Assembly (NCBI GenBank): GCA_030704795.1
Contig: JAUYCZ010000015.1
Coordinates: 27,540-91,539, forward strand
Source of the DNA: a bacterium
GTDB taxonomy: Bacteria > Patescibacteriota > Minisyncoccia > Minisyncoccales > GWA2-46-15
DNA: 64,000 nucleotides
Direction: 5' to 3'
Part shown: positions 8,916 through 18,236 of the stretch, in pieces
Layout: the number at the start of each line of letters is the position of its first letter
Position numbering within the stretch: the stretch's first letter is position 1
Program-made: the position numbers and the translations under genes
Notes under the pieces: generated by a model
Told to the model about the DNA's origin: nothing
Databases searched by the model: none
The model's input: only the letters and a program-made list of their open reading frames with translations

Positions 8916-11147
8916 TTAACGAATGACCAGGGTAGAATTGCCCCAAACGGTCAAACCGCCCCTCTCGGCCATCACCTTAGCGATGTAGGTGCCGGCGGGA
9001 GAGTAAGCGCAGGAATAATTGGCGCTGGTTGAATTAAGCGAAACCACGTTATCCCAAACGCCGTCTGAAGTGCAATCAAATTTAAAGAGAGTGATGCCGG
9101 TCACGGTTCCAGAAACCGTCGCCGTTAGATTAGAACTGAGAGGAGCCGGCCCGCTATTCGGTTGAGCTTGAAGAGTCACAAAAAGGGTCGGCGTTGGGTT
9201 GCTGGTGGCTAGGCCCACGTAGATGACCGAAATTCCTTCGATAGTCATGCCGCCCCTCTGAACCTGTGTTTTGGCCCGATACTCGCCGCTCAAAGGGTAA
9301 TTGCAGAGATCGGCGACGAAGTATTGGATGGCATCGGTGGTGGTTTGAAACTCCCAATTCCCGTCTGAAGTGCAGTCAAACTTATAACTGATAATGCCCG
9401 TCGCCGTTCCGGTCACGGTCGTTCTCAAATCAACTCCGTTCAAAGGAGCGTTGCCGGTATTGGGAATCGCTTCCAGGGCGGCGTATAAGGTTAACCGAGG
9501 ATTGACGTTCACGATCACCGAATCGGTGGCATTTCCCCCGCTGCCGCTGCAAGTAATGATATATGTTTTTGAGCTGGTTAAGTTGTTGGTTGATTCAAAA
9601 CCACCGGTGGCTTTGGCCCCGGCCCAGTCGCCGCTAGCCGTACAAATAGTGGTGTTGCTTGAAGTCCAGAAGAGAGTGGCGGCGGTGTTGTAATCAATGG
9701 TGATTGGACCGTCAGAGCTGTTGGCTTTGATGTCGACGGTTGGCGCCGGGGTCTGGACAATGGCCGAAACTGAATCATTAGCCGTACCGCCCGCGCCGGT
9801 GCAAGAAATTGTATAGGTGTAGGTTTTGACAACAGTTAGACTGCCGGTTGATTCTGAGCCAGAAGTAGCTTTGGCGCCGGTCCAGTCACCCGAGGCGGCG
9901 CAAGAGGTGGTATTGCTCGAGGTCCAAGAGAGAGTGGCGGCGGTGTTGTAGGCAACATTAACTGATCCGTCTGAATTATTAATTTTGAGGTCAACCGTCG
10001 GAGGCGGGGCCTGGACAATAACGGTAACCGAATCGGCCGCCGTGCCGCCGCTGCCGCTACAAGTAATGGTATAAGTTTTCGAATTGGTCAAACTGCCGGT
10101 TGATTCCGAGCCAGAAACGGCTTTACTACCCGACCAGTCGCCCGAGGCGGCGCAAGAGGTGGTATTGCTCGAGGTCCAAGAGAGAGTGGCGGCGGTGTTG
10201 TAGGCAATCGTCACCGGACCATCAGAACCATTGGCTTTTAAATCGACGGTGGGAGCGGCAGACTGAACAATAACAGTAACTGAATCATTGGCCGTCCCGC
10301 CCGCACCGGTACAAGAAATTGTATAAGTCTTCGAATTAGTCAAACTGCCGGTTGATTCCGAGCCAGAAGTAGCCTTGGCGCCGGCCCAGTCGCTGCTGGC
10401 CGTACAAGAGGTGGCATTGGTTGAAATCCAGGAAAGAGTGGCGGCGGTATTGTAGGCAATCGTCACCGGGCCGTCAGAGCTGTTGGCTTTGATGTCGACG
10501 GTGGGAGCGGTGGCTGGTTGGACAATAACGGTGACCGAATCATTGGCCATGCCCCCGGCCCCGGTACAACTTATGGTATAAGTCTTCGAATTAGTCAGAC
10601 TGCCGGTTGATTCCGAGCCAGAAGTAGCTTTGGCTCCGGCCCAGTCACCCGAGGCGGTGCAGGCAGTGGCATTGGTCGAGGCCCAAGACAAAGTGGCGGC
10701 GGTATTGTAGGCAATCGTCACCGGGCCGTCAGAACCATTGGCTTTGATGTCGACGGTGGGCAGGCTTTGAGATTGAACAAAAATGGCAATCGTTCCCTGA
10801 AAAGAAAGGTTTTCTCTTTCCACCTTAACCGTGGCCGTATAATTCCCCACGCTGGCGTAGTTGCAGAGATCGACCGCCGTATAGCTGGTGCCACTCTGGG
10901 TGATGGTTCTCTCCCAGCTGCCGTCAGAAGTACAGTCAAATCGATAAGTCACGTCGCCCGAGGCCGTGCCCGAAACCACGGCCGACAAATCCACACCGGT
11001 CAAAGAGCCAACGCCGGTCGAGGGATTGGCAGAAATGTCAGCGAATAAAGTATTGCCCGCGCTCGCTGGTAACGGGGGTAAAAAACTCAAAACCAAGCTG
11101 GTCAAAACCAGCATTGCCAAATTTTTTCTCAAAAAAGTTTGTGTCAT
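8916..11147 (-). CDS. giant cell-surface protein with 5 near-identical tandem about 88-aa Ig-like domains plus PKD-like modules (start trimmed to MTQTFLRKNL signal peptide)
   Basis: Signal peptide after internal Met; repeats PVTIAYNTAATLSW.S.N.T.C.ASGDW.G.KA.SGSESTGSLTNSKTYTI.C.G.GG. Confidence 0.6.
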   Translation of the reverse strand: MTQTFLRKNLAMLVLTSLVLSFLPPLPASAGNTLFADISANPSTGVGSLTGVDLSAVVSGTASGDVTYRFDCTSDGSWERTITQSGTSYTAVDLCNYASVGNYTATVKVERENLSFQGTIAIFVQSQSLPTVDIKANGSDGPVTIAYNTAATLSWASTNATACTASGDWAGAKATSGSESTGSLTNSKTYTISCTGAGGMANDSVTVIVQPATAPTVDIKANSSDGPVTIAYNTAATLSWISTNATSCTASSDWAGAKATSGSESTGSLTNSKTYTISCTGAGGTANDSVTVIVQSAAPTVDLKANGSDGPVTIAYNTAATLSWTSSNTTSCAASGDWSGSKAVSGSESTGSLTNSKTYTITCSGSGGTAADSVTVIVQAPPPTVDLKINNSDGSVNVAYNTAATLSWTSSNTTSCAASGDWTGAKATSGSESTGSLTVVKTYTYTISCTGAGGTANDSVSAIVQTPAPTVDIKANSSDGPITIDYNTAATLFWTSSNTTICTASGDWAGAKATGGFESTNNLTSSKTYIITCSGSGGNATDSVIVNVNPRLTLYAALEAIPNTGNAPLNGVDLRTTVTGTATGIISYKFDCTSDGNWEFQTTTDAIQYFVADLCNYPLSGEYRAKTQVQRGGMTIEGISVIYVGLATSNPTPTLFVTLQAQPNSGPAPLSSNLTATVSGTVTGITLFKFDCTSDGVWDNVVSLNSTSANYSCAYSPAGTYIAKVMAERGGLTVWGNSTLVIR
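9449..10754. repeat. Coding tandem repeat, about 264-bp period, about 5 copies (Ig-like domain array inside the surface-protein gene)
   Basis: Recurring near-identical DNA blocks, e.g. tccaagagagagtggcggcggtgttgtaggcaa at about 9930, about 10180, about 10690. Confidence 0.7.
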
Positions 11148-11171
11148 ATTTGAAAATTGATAATTAATAAT

Positions 11172-11202
11172 AAGAACCTTGTCTTTCTTGCTTTGCTCGA
11201 AA
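11172..11202 (-). promoter_or_regulatory. Conserved leader motif L1 copy A (mRNA sense UUUCGAGCAAAGCAAGAAAGACAAGGUUCUU) just upstream of the surface-protein start
   Basis: Shared with 16201-16247 and 27967-28013. Confidence 0.4.
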
Positions 11203-11298
11203 GTTGAAAATTTGTCTTCCCTCCTCTTCAATAGAGACCGTATCTCCATTGAACAAGAGGGATCTGAGCAACGACCCCTCTTGTCGTTGTTGATCCCT

Positions 11299-12687
11299 TT
11301 ACTGGACGATCACGTCCGCGTCTCCGACGATGGTCAGGTTTTGCCTGACTACTTGGACCTTCGGCCGGTAGTTACCCGGCACAAGGTAAGTGCAAGACGC
11401 CGTCGCGCTCGATTGAGAACTGGGGAAGGCGTACTCCCAGCTCCCATTACCCTCGCAGTCGAAACTGTAGAGGATGTTCCCGGTTGCCGTGCCGGAAACA
11501 TTAGCGACGAGGTTTGAGGTCAGGGGCGCCAAACCCGTATTCGGCTGGGGCGCGAGACTGACGCTCAGCGTTGGCGGCGCCGAGGTTGCCGTGGGCTGTG
11601 GCGTGCTCGTCGGTACCAGGGTCGCTGTTGGCGGTACCGACGTTGACGTCGGCGCCACCGTGGCGGTTGGCGCGAACACGTTGACCGTCGCATTACCACT
11701 GGCGGTCAAGCCTTGTCGCTGAACTTGCACTGCCGGCCGATACGTGCCGGCTTGGTACGTGCACAGCTGGACTGGCGACGTGGTCCAGCCGCCAAAGTTG
11801 CTGCCGTCGCAGGCAAACCGATACAAGATCGGCCCCTGCGCTGAACCGTAAACATTGGTTGTTAAGTTTACGGCCTGTCCGACCATTGCTTGGTCAGGCA
11901 CGGGCCGCAACTCGACGTGGAGGTCCACCGTCGGCGTTGCGGTTGGAGTCGGCGTGTGCGTCGACGTATTGGTTGGCGCCGGCGTGTTAGTGGGCACGCC
12001 AGGCACCGGGGTACTGGTCGGCAACGGCGTCCGTGTTGGCGGCACGGGCGTGGTTGGTTCGACCCATTGGATCGGATTGCCGCATCTGGGCGACAAAGCC
12101 CAGTGGACGCCACCGATGACGCCTAGATCCCACGCCGGACCAATGTCCAGCGCTTCGCTAGTTGTCAACGGCCGCCATTTGCCGCTCGTGCCGTGGCACG
12201 AACCGATCTGCGCCCCGACCGGTATTACGATTTTTGCCGGCTCGACCCCCGACAGTTTTCCTGTCGGAAAGCCGGCAAACCGATTCAGCGTCGCGCCAGC
12301 GCCTTGCGCCTGGGTCCAGCTGATATCACTACCAGCCGGCCCGATGCAACGCCCCGAATCCCACCAACGACCAGTTGCCGACGTCGGCACTGGCCCTTGC
12401 GTTGGCGTTGCCGGCAGAGTGCCACTCACGCCCGGCACCACGAAGGTGGCGATCGGTGCAGCGGCTGTGGCACCTGGCACGGCGAACGTTGAGCTCGTCA
12501 TCGGCGTTGGCATCGGCGTTTCCGACGTCGCGACAACGGGTGACAGTCCGGTGGTCGGCGTCGATGACGCCGGCCCCAGGCTGACACGCGCCAAGCCCGA
12601 GTTCGCCAGCAACACCACGCCCAGGACGCAACATGCCAACAAAAGCAGAAGCGCCCCAATCCCAATCAAGACCGTCACTCTGTTCAT
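11299..12687 (-). CDS. secreted surface protein paralog: Pro/Thr-rich linkers, Cys/Trp-containing central domain, two PKD-like modules; markedly higher GC than the surrounding genome
   Basis: Signal peptide MNRVTVLIGIGALLLLLACCVLG; C-terminal modules ...FDCEGNGSWE...CTY..PGNYRPKVQV; GC-rich DNA gives many spurious overlapping ORFs. Confidence 0.55.
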   Translation of the reverse strand: MNRVTVLIGIGALLLLLACCVLGVVLLANSGLARVSLGPASSTPTTGLSPVVATSETPMPTPMTSSTFAVPGATAAAPIATFVVPGVSGTLPATPTQGPVPTSATGRWWDSGRCIGPAGSDISWTQAQGAGATLNRFAGFPTGKLSGVEPAKIVIPVGAQIGSCHGTSGKWRPLTTSEALDIGPAWDLGVIGGVHWALSPRCGNPIQWVEPTTPVPPTRTPLPTSTPVPGVPTNTPAPTNTSTHTPTPTATPTVDLHVELRPVPDQAMVGQAVNLTTNVYGSAQGPILYRFACDGSNFGGWTTSPVQLCTYQAGTYRPAVQVQRQGLTASGNATVNVFAPTATVAPTSTSVPPTATLVPTSTPQPTATSAPPTLSVSLAPQPNTGLAPLTSNLVANVSGTATGNILYSFDCEGNGSWEYAFPSSQSSATASCTYLVPGNYRPKVQVVRQNLTIVGDADVIVQ

Positions 12688-12768
12688 CTTATCCTTCCTT
12701 TCTTCGCTATGCGAAAGTTCTATATAAACCGCAGACTCTTTCCGCGGATTCCTACTTTAATCACATCT

Positions 12769-13473
12769 TTACTGGTTTGTCAATGCCGCGGGAGAAGTTA
12801 ATACCGCTTCAACCGCTAATCGGCGAACGTCTTGGCCCGGCGGCCAGCAGGTAATCAAATAAATCAACTGTTGAGAATTGTTTTCATTAACCGGAATTTC
12901 TTCTCCCTTTGCTAAAAATATTTTTTGGGTTATCTGATAACGGTATTGTTTATTTTCAAAATTAATAAAAATCTCATCGCCCGTCTCTAAGTCGTTCAGC
13001 TGACTAAAAACCCAATAATATTTGAGCTTGGGCCAGCCCGGCGGAGAGGAATGGCCCAAAATAAACATCCGGCCCTCCCCGCCCGGGGAGTCCGAGCCCG
13101 GATAAACGGCCACGCCCCTCAGTAGGTCTTTGACGACTTCTTTAACCTCGGCCATTTTTGAAAAAACCAAAGGGACGCCCAGCGAAAGCCGGGGAATCTC
13201 CAAGCTGTCGGGCTTCTCGGTCAAAACAAATTTGATTTTTTCTGGCTTCAAGGACGCTTCAATACCCGACCTTGACGAAAGAACATCGGACGTTGACGGC
13301 AAACCCTCTTTTAAAATTTGGGCCTGGGTTTCAAAAATATTGAGCTGGTTTCTGAAGTAGTTAAAAGCCTGATTGAGGCTCAAAACCAGAAAAAAGAAGA
13401 TGAAAGAAAAACAGAAGAAAAGAATAATTTTCCTGATTTCGATCAAAAGATTAATCGGCTCTCTAGAGTCCAT
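12769..13473 (-). CDS. sortase family transpeptidase
   Basis: N-terminal TM, conserved His (ILGHSS), catalytic LITCWPPG (TLxTC-like), downstream Arg (RRLAVEAV). Confidence 0.65.
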   Translation of the reverse strand: MDSREPINLLIEIRKIILFFCFSFIFFFLVLSLNQAFNYFRNQLNIFETQAQILKEGLPSTSDVLSSRSGIEASLKPEKIKFVLTEKPDSLEIPRLSLGVPLVFSKMAEVKEVVKDLLRGVAVYPGSDSPGGEGRMFILGHSSPPGWPKLKYYWVFSQLNDLETGDEIFINFENKQYRYQITQKIFLAKGEEIPVNENNSQQLIYLITCWPPGQDVRRLAVEAVLTSPAALTNQ

Positions 13474-14434
13474 TGATGATGACGTTATGTGGAATTAAAC
13501 TAATAATCAATTGTTTATCGAGAAAACTGGAAAGAATGAATAAGAGAATGAAAAAGGTCGTGTTTAAAACCAAATCCCGACTCTTGATTCCTTGAGCTAA
13601 ACTGACGAAAAGGTTGAAGATTAAGGCGCCGATCAAAAAGAGTAAGAAGAGACTAACTAATCTTGAGGTCAATGGATCGTATTGGGTGACGCCGAAGCTG
13701 ATGATTGATTCCAGGGGCTTAGGCGTTGGAGATTTCTGGGTTTCGCCGGCCATGACGGCTGGAGACGAGGCCAAGGGCGACGGACTGATCAACGGTGACG
13801 GCTGGGGCGTTGGGGTCGTCAGGGGCCGCGCGACCGGCGTGCCAAAAAACTGAACCACCAAAGTTGTTTCCTGACCCTGAAAATCGCCCTTGACCACGGC
13901 GATGCCGATTTCCTTATAACTCGGGTTCAAAAGATTTTGTCGATGCGATGGCGAATCGTTCCAAGCCTTTTCCACTTCTCCAGACTCCAAAAAACCAATG
14001 GCTAAATTCTCTCCGGCCACCTGATAGTTATAACCGCTCTTTTTAAACCATTGCCAGGGCGGAATACCGCTAGGACTGACGTGGGAAAAATAATCATTCT
14101 GCAACATGTCCTGAGCCTTGGCGTAGGCGGCCTGAGTCAAAACCGGGTTTTCTTTCAGGATGGCCAATCCCTTCGCCTGCCGGTTTTGATTAGTGAGATC
14201 GATTAAGGTTGAACTGACTACTTCGGCAAAAAAAGAAGTGCTGGGAAATAAGAAATAGAATGGAAAAACGATTAATCTTAAAACCAAAAAGAGTAAAAGA
14301 TAATAAGCCAAAAACCGCCTTTGTAAGAAAAGGGGTCGGAATTCATTTTCCGGGCAAGGGAAAAAAGCGAGCTTTAACTGAGGTAATAAGTTTTTTAGAG
14401 TAAAAATCCTTTCCATCTTGACAAATAATAACAC
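13463..14434 (-). CDS. CAP/SCP (YkwD-like) domain protein with Pro-rich linker and C-terminal membrane segments
   Basis: CAP motifs DYFSHVSP and HRQNLLNPSYKEIGIAV; PTPQPSP linker. Confidence 0.6.
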   Translation of the reverse strand: MLLFVKMERIFTLKNLLPQLKLAFFPCPENEFRPLFLQRRFLAYYLLLFLVLRLIVFPFYFLFPSTSFFAEVVSSTLIDLTNQNRQAKGLAILKENPVLTQAAYAKAQDMLQNDYFSHVSPSGIPPWQWFKKSGYNYQVAGENLAIGFLESGEVEKAWNDSPSHRQNLLNPSYKEIGIAVVKGDFQGQETTLVVQFFGTPVARPLTTPTPQPSPLISPSPLASSPAVMAGETQKSPTPKPLESIISFGVTQYDPLTSRLVSLFLLFLIGALIFNLFVSLAQGIKSRDLVLNTTFFILLFILSSFLDKQLIISLIPHNVIINGL

Positions 14435-14463
14435 TGTTTTGCCTATTAGTCAAGATAGGAAAG

Positions 14464-15327
14464 CTAACGAATGACTTCCGGAATGGCTTCGATCAAATCC
14501 GTGGCCATCAAAGACTCTCCGAGCTTCTTGACGGCTAATTCTCCGGCCAAGCCGTTGATGTAAGCGGCCGCTTGAGCGGCGGTGAAAGCATCAACGCCCC
14601 GAGCCAAAAAAGCGCCGGCAATACCCGACAGGCTGTCGCCCGTACCGCCCTTGGCCAAATAGGGTCCGCCGGTTTTGTTTAGAGCTACTTCCTGGCCGTC
14701 AGAAATAATATCCGTTCTACCCTTTAATAAAATAGTTATTTTTAATCTCTCGGCCTGTTCCTGAACTATTTTAATCTTCTCTTCATTGGGCAGTTTGTAA
14801 ACTTCTTTCCCGGTTAGAATATAAAACTCGAAAGTATTGGGCGTGATGATGGAATTCTTTCCTTTAACCACGCTGGGATCCTTGACGAGGGCATGAATGG
14901 CATCCGCGTCAATCACGGCGGGCAAGGTATTGGTAGAGAGAAATTCCAGAATTGCCTCCTGAGTCTCTGGGCTCCGACCCATACCGCCGCCAATGACTAC
15001 AGCGGTTTTACCATAAGAAACGCTTTTGGCTGATTCGGCCATGGCCAGCAAAGTGGTGACGTGCTTTTTTTCCAGCCAATCGCCGGCCAAGGGATAGGCG
15101 GCGAGAATCGGTGAAAAAGAAGCAATGATATCGGCCGCCCGCTTCGGCGCAATGATCCTAACCATATCGCAGCCGGCTTTAAAAGCGGCCAAACTCGCCA
15201 GGGCCGGGGAACCGGAATAAAACTCAGAACCGCCGATGACCAACAAAAGCCCAAAGTCATATTTCTTGGCATCTTGAGGCCGCGGCTTATAGATATTTTT
15301 TAAAATGCTCTTGGTGACTTCAATCAT
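14464..15327 (-). CDS. nnrD: ADP-dependent NAD(P)H-hydrate dehydratase (YjeF C-terminal domain)
   Basis: YjeF_C motifs: LVIGGSEFYSGSPALA, VVIGGGMG, GGTGDSLSG. Confidence 0.75.
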   Translation of the reverse strand: MIEVTKSILKNIYKPRPQDAKKYDFGLLLVIGGSEFYSGSPALASLAAFKAGCDMVRIIAPKRAADIIASFSPILAAYPLAGDWLEKKHVTTLLAMAESAKSVSYGKTAVVIGGGMGRSPETQEAILEFLSTNTLPAVIDADAIHALVKDPSVVKGKNSIITPNTFEFYILTGKEVYKLPNEEKIKIVQEQAERLKITILLKGRTDIISDGQEVALNKTGGPYLAKGGTGDSLSGIAGAFLARGVDAFTAAQAAAYINGLAGELAVKKLGESLMATDLIEAIPEVIR

Positions 15328-15351
15328 TTCATTTTTTAATTAAAATTATTG

Positions 15352-16197
15352 TTAGAAAAGTTTAAGTTTTTTAGCTAAGGATAGATTAGATTTAAGCCAA
15401 TCGCGAGGATTGCCGCATTCCAGCCATTGACCCTCAAACTCACAACCATAAATCATCTTACCATCTTCGATCATCTTTTTAAAGGTCTCGGCCAGAATGA
15501 TTTCGCCGCGGAAAGAAGGTTTGGCTTTCTCGAGATAATTAAAAACTTCGGGAGTCAAAATGTATTTACCCACGATGACCAGGTTTGAGGGGGCTTTGGC
15601 CATCTTGGGTTTTTCCACAATCTTCTGAATTTGGTAAAGCTTAGGGCCAATTTTTTTAACGGCGACGGTTCCATAAAGGCTAACCTTCTCCCTTGGCACT
15701 CTTTTTAGGGCGATGACGGGCTGGCCGTATTTCTGGAAAACCCGGGCGAGCTGTAAAAGACAAGGAGTTTTTGAAACAACCAGATCGTCGCCAAAAGAAA
15801 CCATACAAGGTTCCCGGCCAACTATTTTTCGAGACAGCCTAATGGCATGGCCATCTCCCAAAGGTCTCCTTTGTAAAACAAAGGAAAAAGAAAGTTTCTG
15901 CCATCTTTTTTCTCCTTCTTTAAGTTCCTTTAAGAGATCAAGTTTGCCTCTTTCTCTTAAAACCTTTTCCATCTTTGGATTGGGTTTAAAGTAATCCCGC
16001 AGGATTTTCTTTTCCGGCGAAACAACAAAAATAACTTCTTTGGCGCCCGAGTCCTTGACTTCCTCGACGATATAGTCAATGACAGGGCGATCGAGAAGCG
16101 GCCAAAGTTCTTTGGGAAAGGCCTTGGAAAGCGGAAGAAACCGGGTCCCTAGCCCGGCAATTGGTAGAACGGCTTTTTTGATTGATGGATACTTCAT
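15352..16197 (-). CDS. galU: UTP--glucose-1-phosphate uridylyltransferase-like sugar nucleotidyltransferase (start trimmed to MKYPSIKKAVLPIAGLGTRFLP)
   Basis: N-terminal KAVLPIAGLGTRFLPLSKAFPKE nucleotidyltransferase signature; the ORF-track N-extension overlaps the ftsZ 3' end and the L1 motif. Confidence 0.7.
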   Translation of the reverse strand: MKYPSIKKAVLPIAGLGTRFLPLSKAFPKELWPLLDRPVIDYIVEEVKDSGAKEVIFVVSPEKKILRDYFKPNPKMEKVLRERGKLDLLKELKEGEKRWQKLSFSFVLQRRPLGDGHAIRLSRKIVGREPCMVSFGDDLVVSKTPCLLQLARVFQKYGQPVIALKRVPREKVSLYGTVAVKKIGPKLYQIQKIVEKPKMAKAPSNLVIVGKYILTPEVFNYLEKAKPSFRGEIILAETFKKMIEDGKMIYGCEFEGQWLECGNPRDWLKSNLSLAKKLKLF

Positions 16198-16200
16198 CGT

Positions 16201-16247
16201 AAGAACCTTGCCTTCGGCAAGAACCTTGTTTCTCACTTTGTTCGAAA
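16201..16247 (-). promoter_or_regulatory. Conserved leader motif L1 copy B with embedded small hairpin (CUUGCC-GAA-GGCAAG) in the galU-like 5' region
   Basis: aagaaccttgccttcggcaagaaccttgtttctcactttgttcgaaa; compare 27967-28013. Confidence 0.4.
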
Positions 16248-17471
16248 TTAAAAAAGCCCTCGCCTCAAAATGGCAGGCGTCTCCCAAACTCTTTCTTTGG
16301 CGGCAATCGTTTCCTCTTCTGCCTTGACCTCTTCTTTAATCTGGAGGGCGTTGCGTCTAACCTTTTCTTCGGTCCTGACGGACCCGGTGGAATCTTCCTT
16401 GGGCGATCCTCCTTTTATCTTTTTGCGCTTTTTGGACTTGGTCCCGGAACCTTTTATTCGCCGACTCCCCAAGTTCTTGTCTCGACCGCCGATGGCCAGC
16501 AGAATCACCCGGATAGTTTCGGAAAGTTTTTTATTAAAACTAACGCCGAAAATAATCCTCGCTTCGGGATGAACCGCATTAAAAACGAGCTGGCTGATTT
16601 CCGAGACCTCGGCCAAGCTCAAATTGGGATCAGAAATAATGTTGAATAAAACGGCGCGGGCGCGACGAAAGTTATAGGATAAAAAGATGTTTTGGAAGAT
16701 TTTCTTCTTGACCTCTTCGATTTTAGCGCCCTTGTCGAATTCGCAACTGGCCAAAAAGGCCCCTTTGCCCTTGCCGTCTAAAATCGTTTTCAGGTCGGCA
16801 AAATCAATATTGATCAATCCCGGCTGAAAAATCAGACCGATCAACCCTTCCAAGCCTCGAGACAAAACTTTGTTGATGGCGGAAAAACCTTCATTGAAAG
16901 AAGCGTTTTTGTCTAAGGCCTGGAAAATCTTTTCGTTGGGTAAAACCAGAGTGGCATTCAGGCTGGCTTTCATCTTCTCGAGCGAATCTCGGGCGATTTC
17001 TATCTTTTTTTCTCCCTCAAATTTAAAAGGAAGGGTAAAAATGCCAAAAGTCAAAATTCCCTCTTGCCGGGCAATCTTGGCAAAGATCGGAGCCGCGCCC
17101 GATCCTGTCCCGCCGCCCAAACAAGAAATAATAAAGCAAAGATCGCTGCCTTTGAGGAATTTGACAATTTTCTCTTTTTCGGCCAGGGCAGCGGCCCTCC
17201 CGATTTCTGGATCCATGCCCGTACCCAAACCGCGGGTAAACTTTTCTCCGAAGTTAAAAACCTTGATCGCTCCGGAAGTTCTTTTGCGCGAACGCCAGTC
17301 GGTATTGGCGACCAAAAAATCGACTCTCTTTAACTCTGGAGCCAGTTCTGAAACGATCGCCGCTCCCCCATCACCGATGCCAATAACTCTAATCCGGGTT
17401 TTCTTCAATTTGAGATCCTCTCCGGGTTTTTCCACGTTTCTCGCCCTGCTCGAAATAATTTTTTTGGCCAT
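16248..17471 (-). CDS. ftsZ: cell division protein FtsZ
   Basis: Tubulin signature GGGTGSGAAP, IRVIGIGDGG N-terminus, basic C-terminal tail. Confidence 0.9.
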   Translation of the reverse strand: MAKKIISSRARNVEKPGEDLKLKKTRIRVIGIGDGGAAIVSELAPELKRVDFLVANTDWRSRKRTSGAIKVFNFGEKFTRGLGTGMDPEIGRAAALAEKEKIVKFLKGSDLCFIISCLGGGTGSGAAPIFAKIARQEGILTFGIFTLPFKFEGEKKIEIARDSLEKMKASLNATLVLPNEKIFQALDKNASFNEGFSAINKVLSRGLEGLIGLIFQPGLINIDFADLKTILDGKGKGAFLASCEFDKGAKIEEVKKKIFQNIFLSYNFRRARAVLFNIISDPNLSLAEVSEISQLVFNAVHPEARIIFGVSFNKKLSETIRVILLAIGGRDKNLGSRRIKGSGTKSKKRKKIKGGSPKEDSTGSVRTEEKVRRNALQIKEEVKAEEETIAAKERVWETPAILRRGLF

Positions 17472-17502
17472 TAATCTAATTTATCTCGTTTTAAGCCAAC
17501 GG

Positions 17503-18195
17503 TCAATCCCTTTTCAGCCAGTATTTCAGAATTGTCCAGATGCCGATGAGACCGTCTTTAGCGTGAATTTTTTTGCCCTCGGCAAAAGAGCGGGGCCGGT
17601 AGCTGATCGGCGCCTCTTTGATCTGACGACCGCTCTTTAAAAGCCTGACGGTTATTTCGGCTTCAATTTCAAAACCGTGGCTTTCCAAATTAATTGATTT
17701 GATCGCTTCGCCTCTAAACAACTTATAACCGGTATAGGCGTCGGTCAGCTGAGAGCCAAAAAGGAGGTTGATCAAAAACGTCAAAAATCTGACGCCCAAA
17801 ACATAAGGCCAATATCCCCTTCTTTCGGGGTTCAGTTCGCGAGAACCATAAACTGCGCTCAGCTCGGGATTCTCTTCTAATGTTTTTAAAAGTCGTGGCC
17901 AATCGGCCGGATCATATTCCAGATCAGCGTCTTGAATGATGATGGCTTGACCCTGAGCCGCGGAAAAACCCGTGCGCAGAGCGGCGCCCTTGCCTTGATT
18001 CCGACCGTGCTTAAAAACCCTGACTCGCTCAAAGAAAGGTTCTAATTTTTGAGCCGTGCCATCGCTTGAATCGTCATCAACGACGATGACCTCTTTCTCC
18101 CAATCCCCGATTCCCTGGGTTAAGACCTTTTCTAAAACTTTTTCGATGGTCTTTTCTTCATTGAAAACAGGAATGATAATAGAAAGCTTTTTCAT
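17503..18195 (-). CDS. glycosyltransferase family 2 (Dpm1/polyprenol-phosphate sugar synthase-like)
   Basis: LSIIIPVFNEE...VIVVDDDSSDGT...DADL motifs. Confidence 0.8.
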   Translation of the reverse strand: MKKLSIIIPVFNEEKTIEKVLEKVLTQGIGDWEKEVIVVDDDSSDGTAQKLEPFFERVRVFKHGRNQGKGAALRTGFSAAQGQAIIIQDADLEYDPADWPRLLKTLEENPELSAVYGSRELNPERRGYWPYVLGVRFLTFLINLLFGSQLTDAYTGYKLFRGEAIKSINLESHGFEIEAEITVRLLKSGRQIKEAPISYRPRSFAEGKKIHAKDGLIGIWTILKYWLKRD

Positions 18196-18236
18196 AACAA
18201 AACTAAGTTTTGATATACCGGGCGTCCCGCCCGCTA

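Noticed and set aside
9449-10754. Regular about 264-bp direct repeats that could be mistaken for a CRISPR-like array
   Set aside because: The period is far too long. The repeats are in-frame protein-domain duplications inside one ORF, and there are no short spacer-repeat units or cas genes.
11474-12727. Numerous overlapping ORFs on both strands (82-290 aa) within 11.3-12.7 kb
   Set aside because: These are artefacts of GC-rich DNA, where stop codons are rare in all frames. Only the minus-strand secreted-protein frame has a signal peptide and domain homology.
16198-16287. N-terminal extension of the galU-like ORF (MGDACHFEARAFLISNKVRNKVLAEGKVLT)
   Set aside because: It overlaps the ftsZ 3' end and consists of the translated L1 nucleotide motif. 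Nucleotidyltransferases of this family begin immediately before the KAV.P.AG motif.
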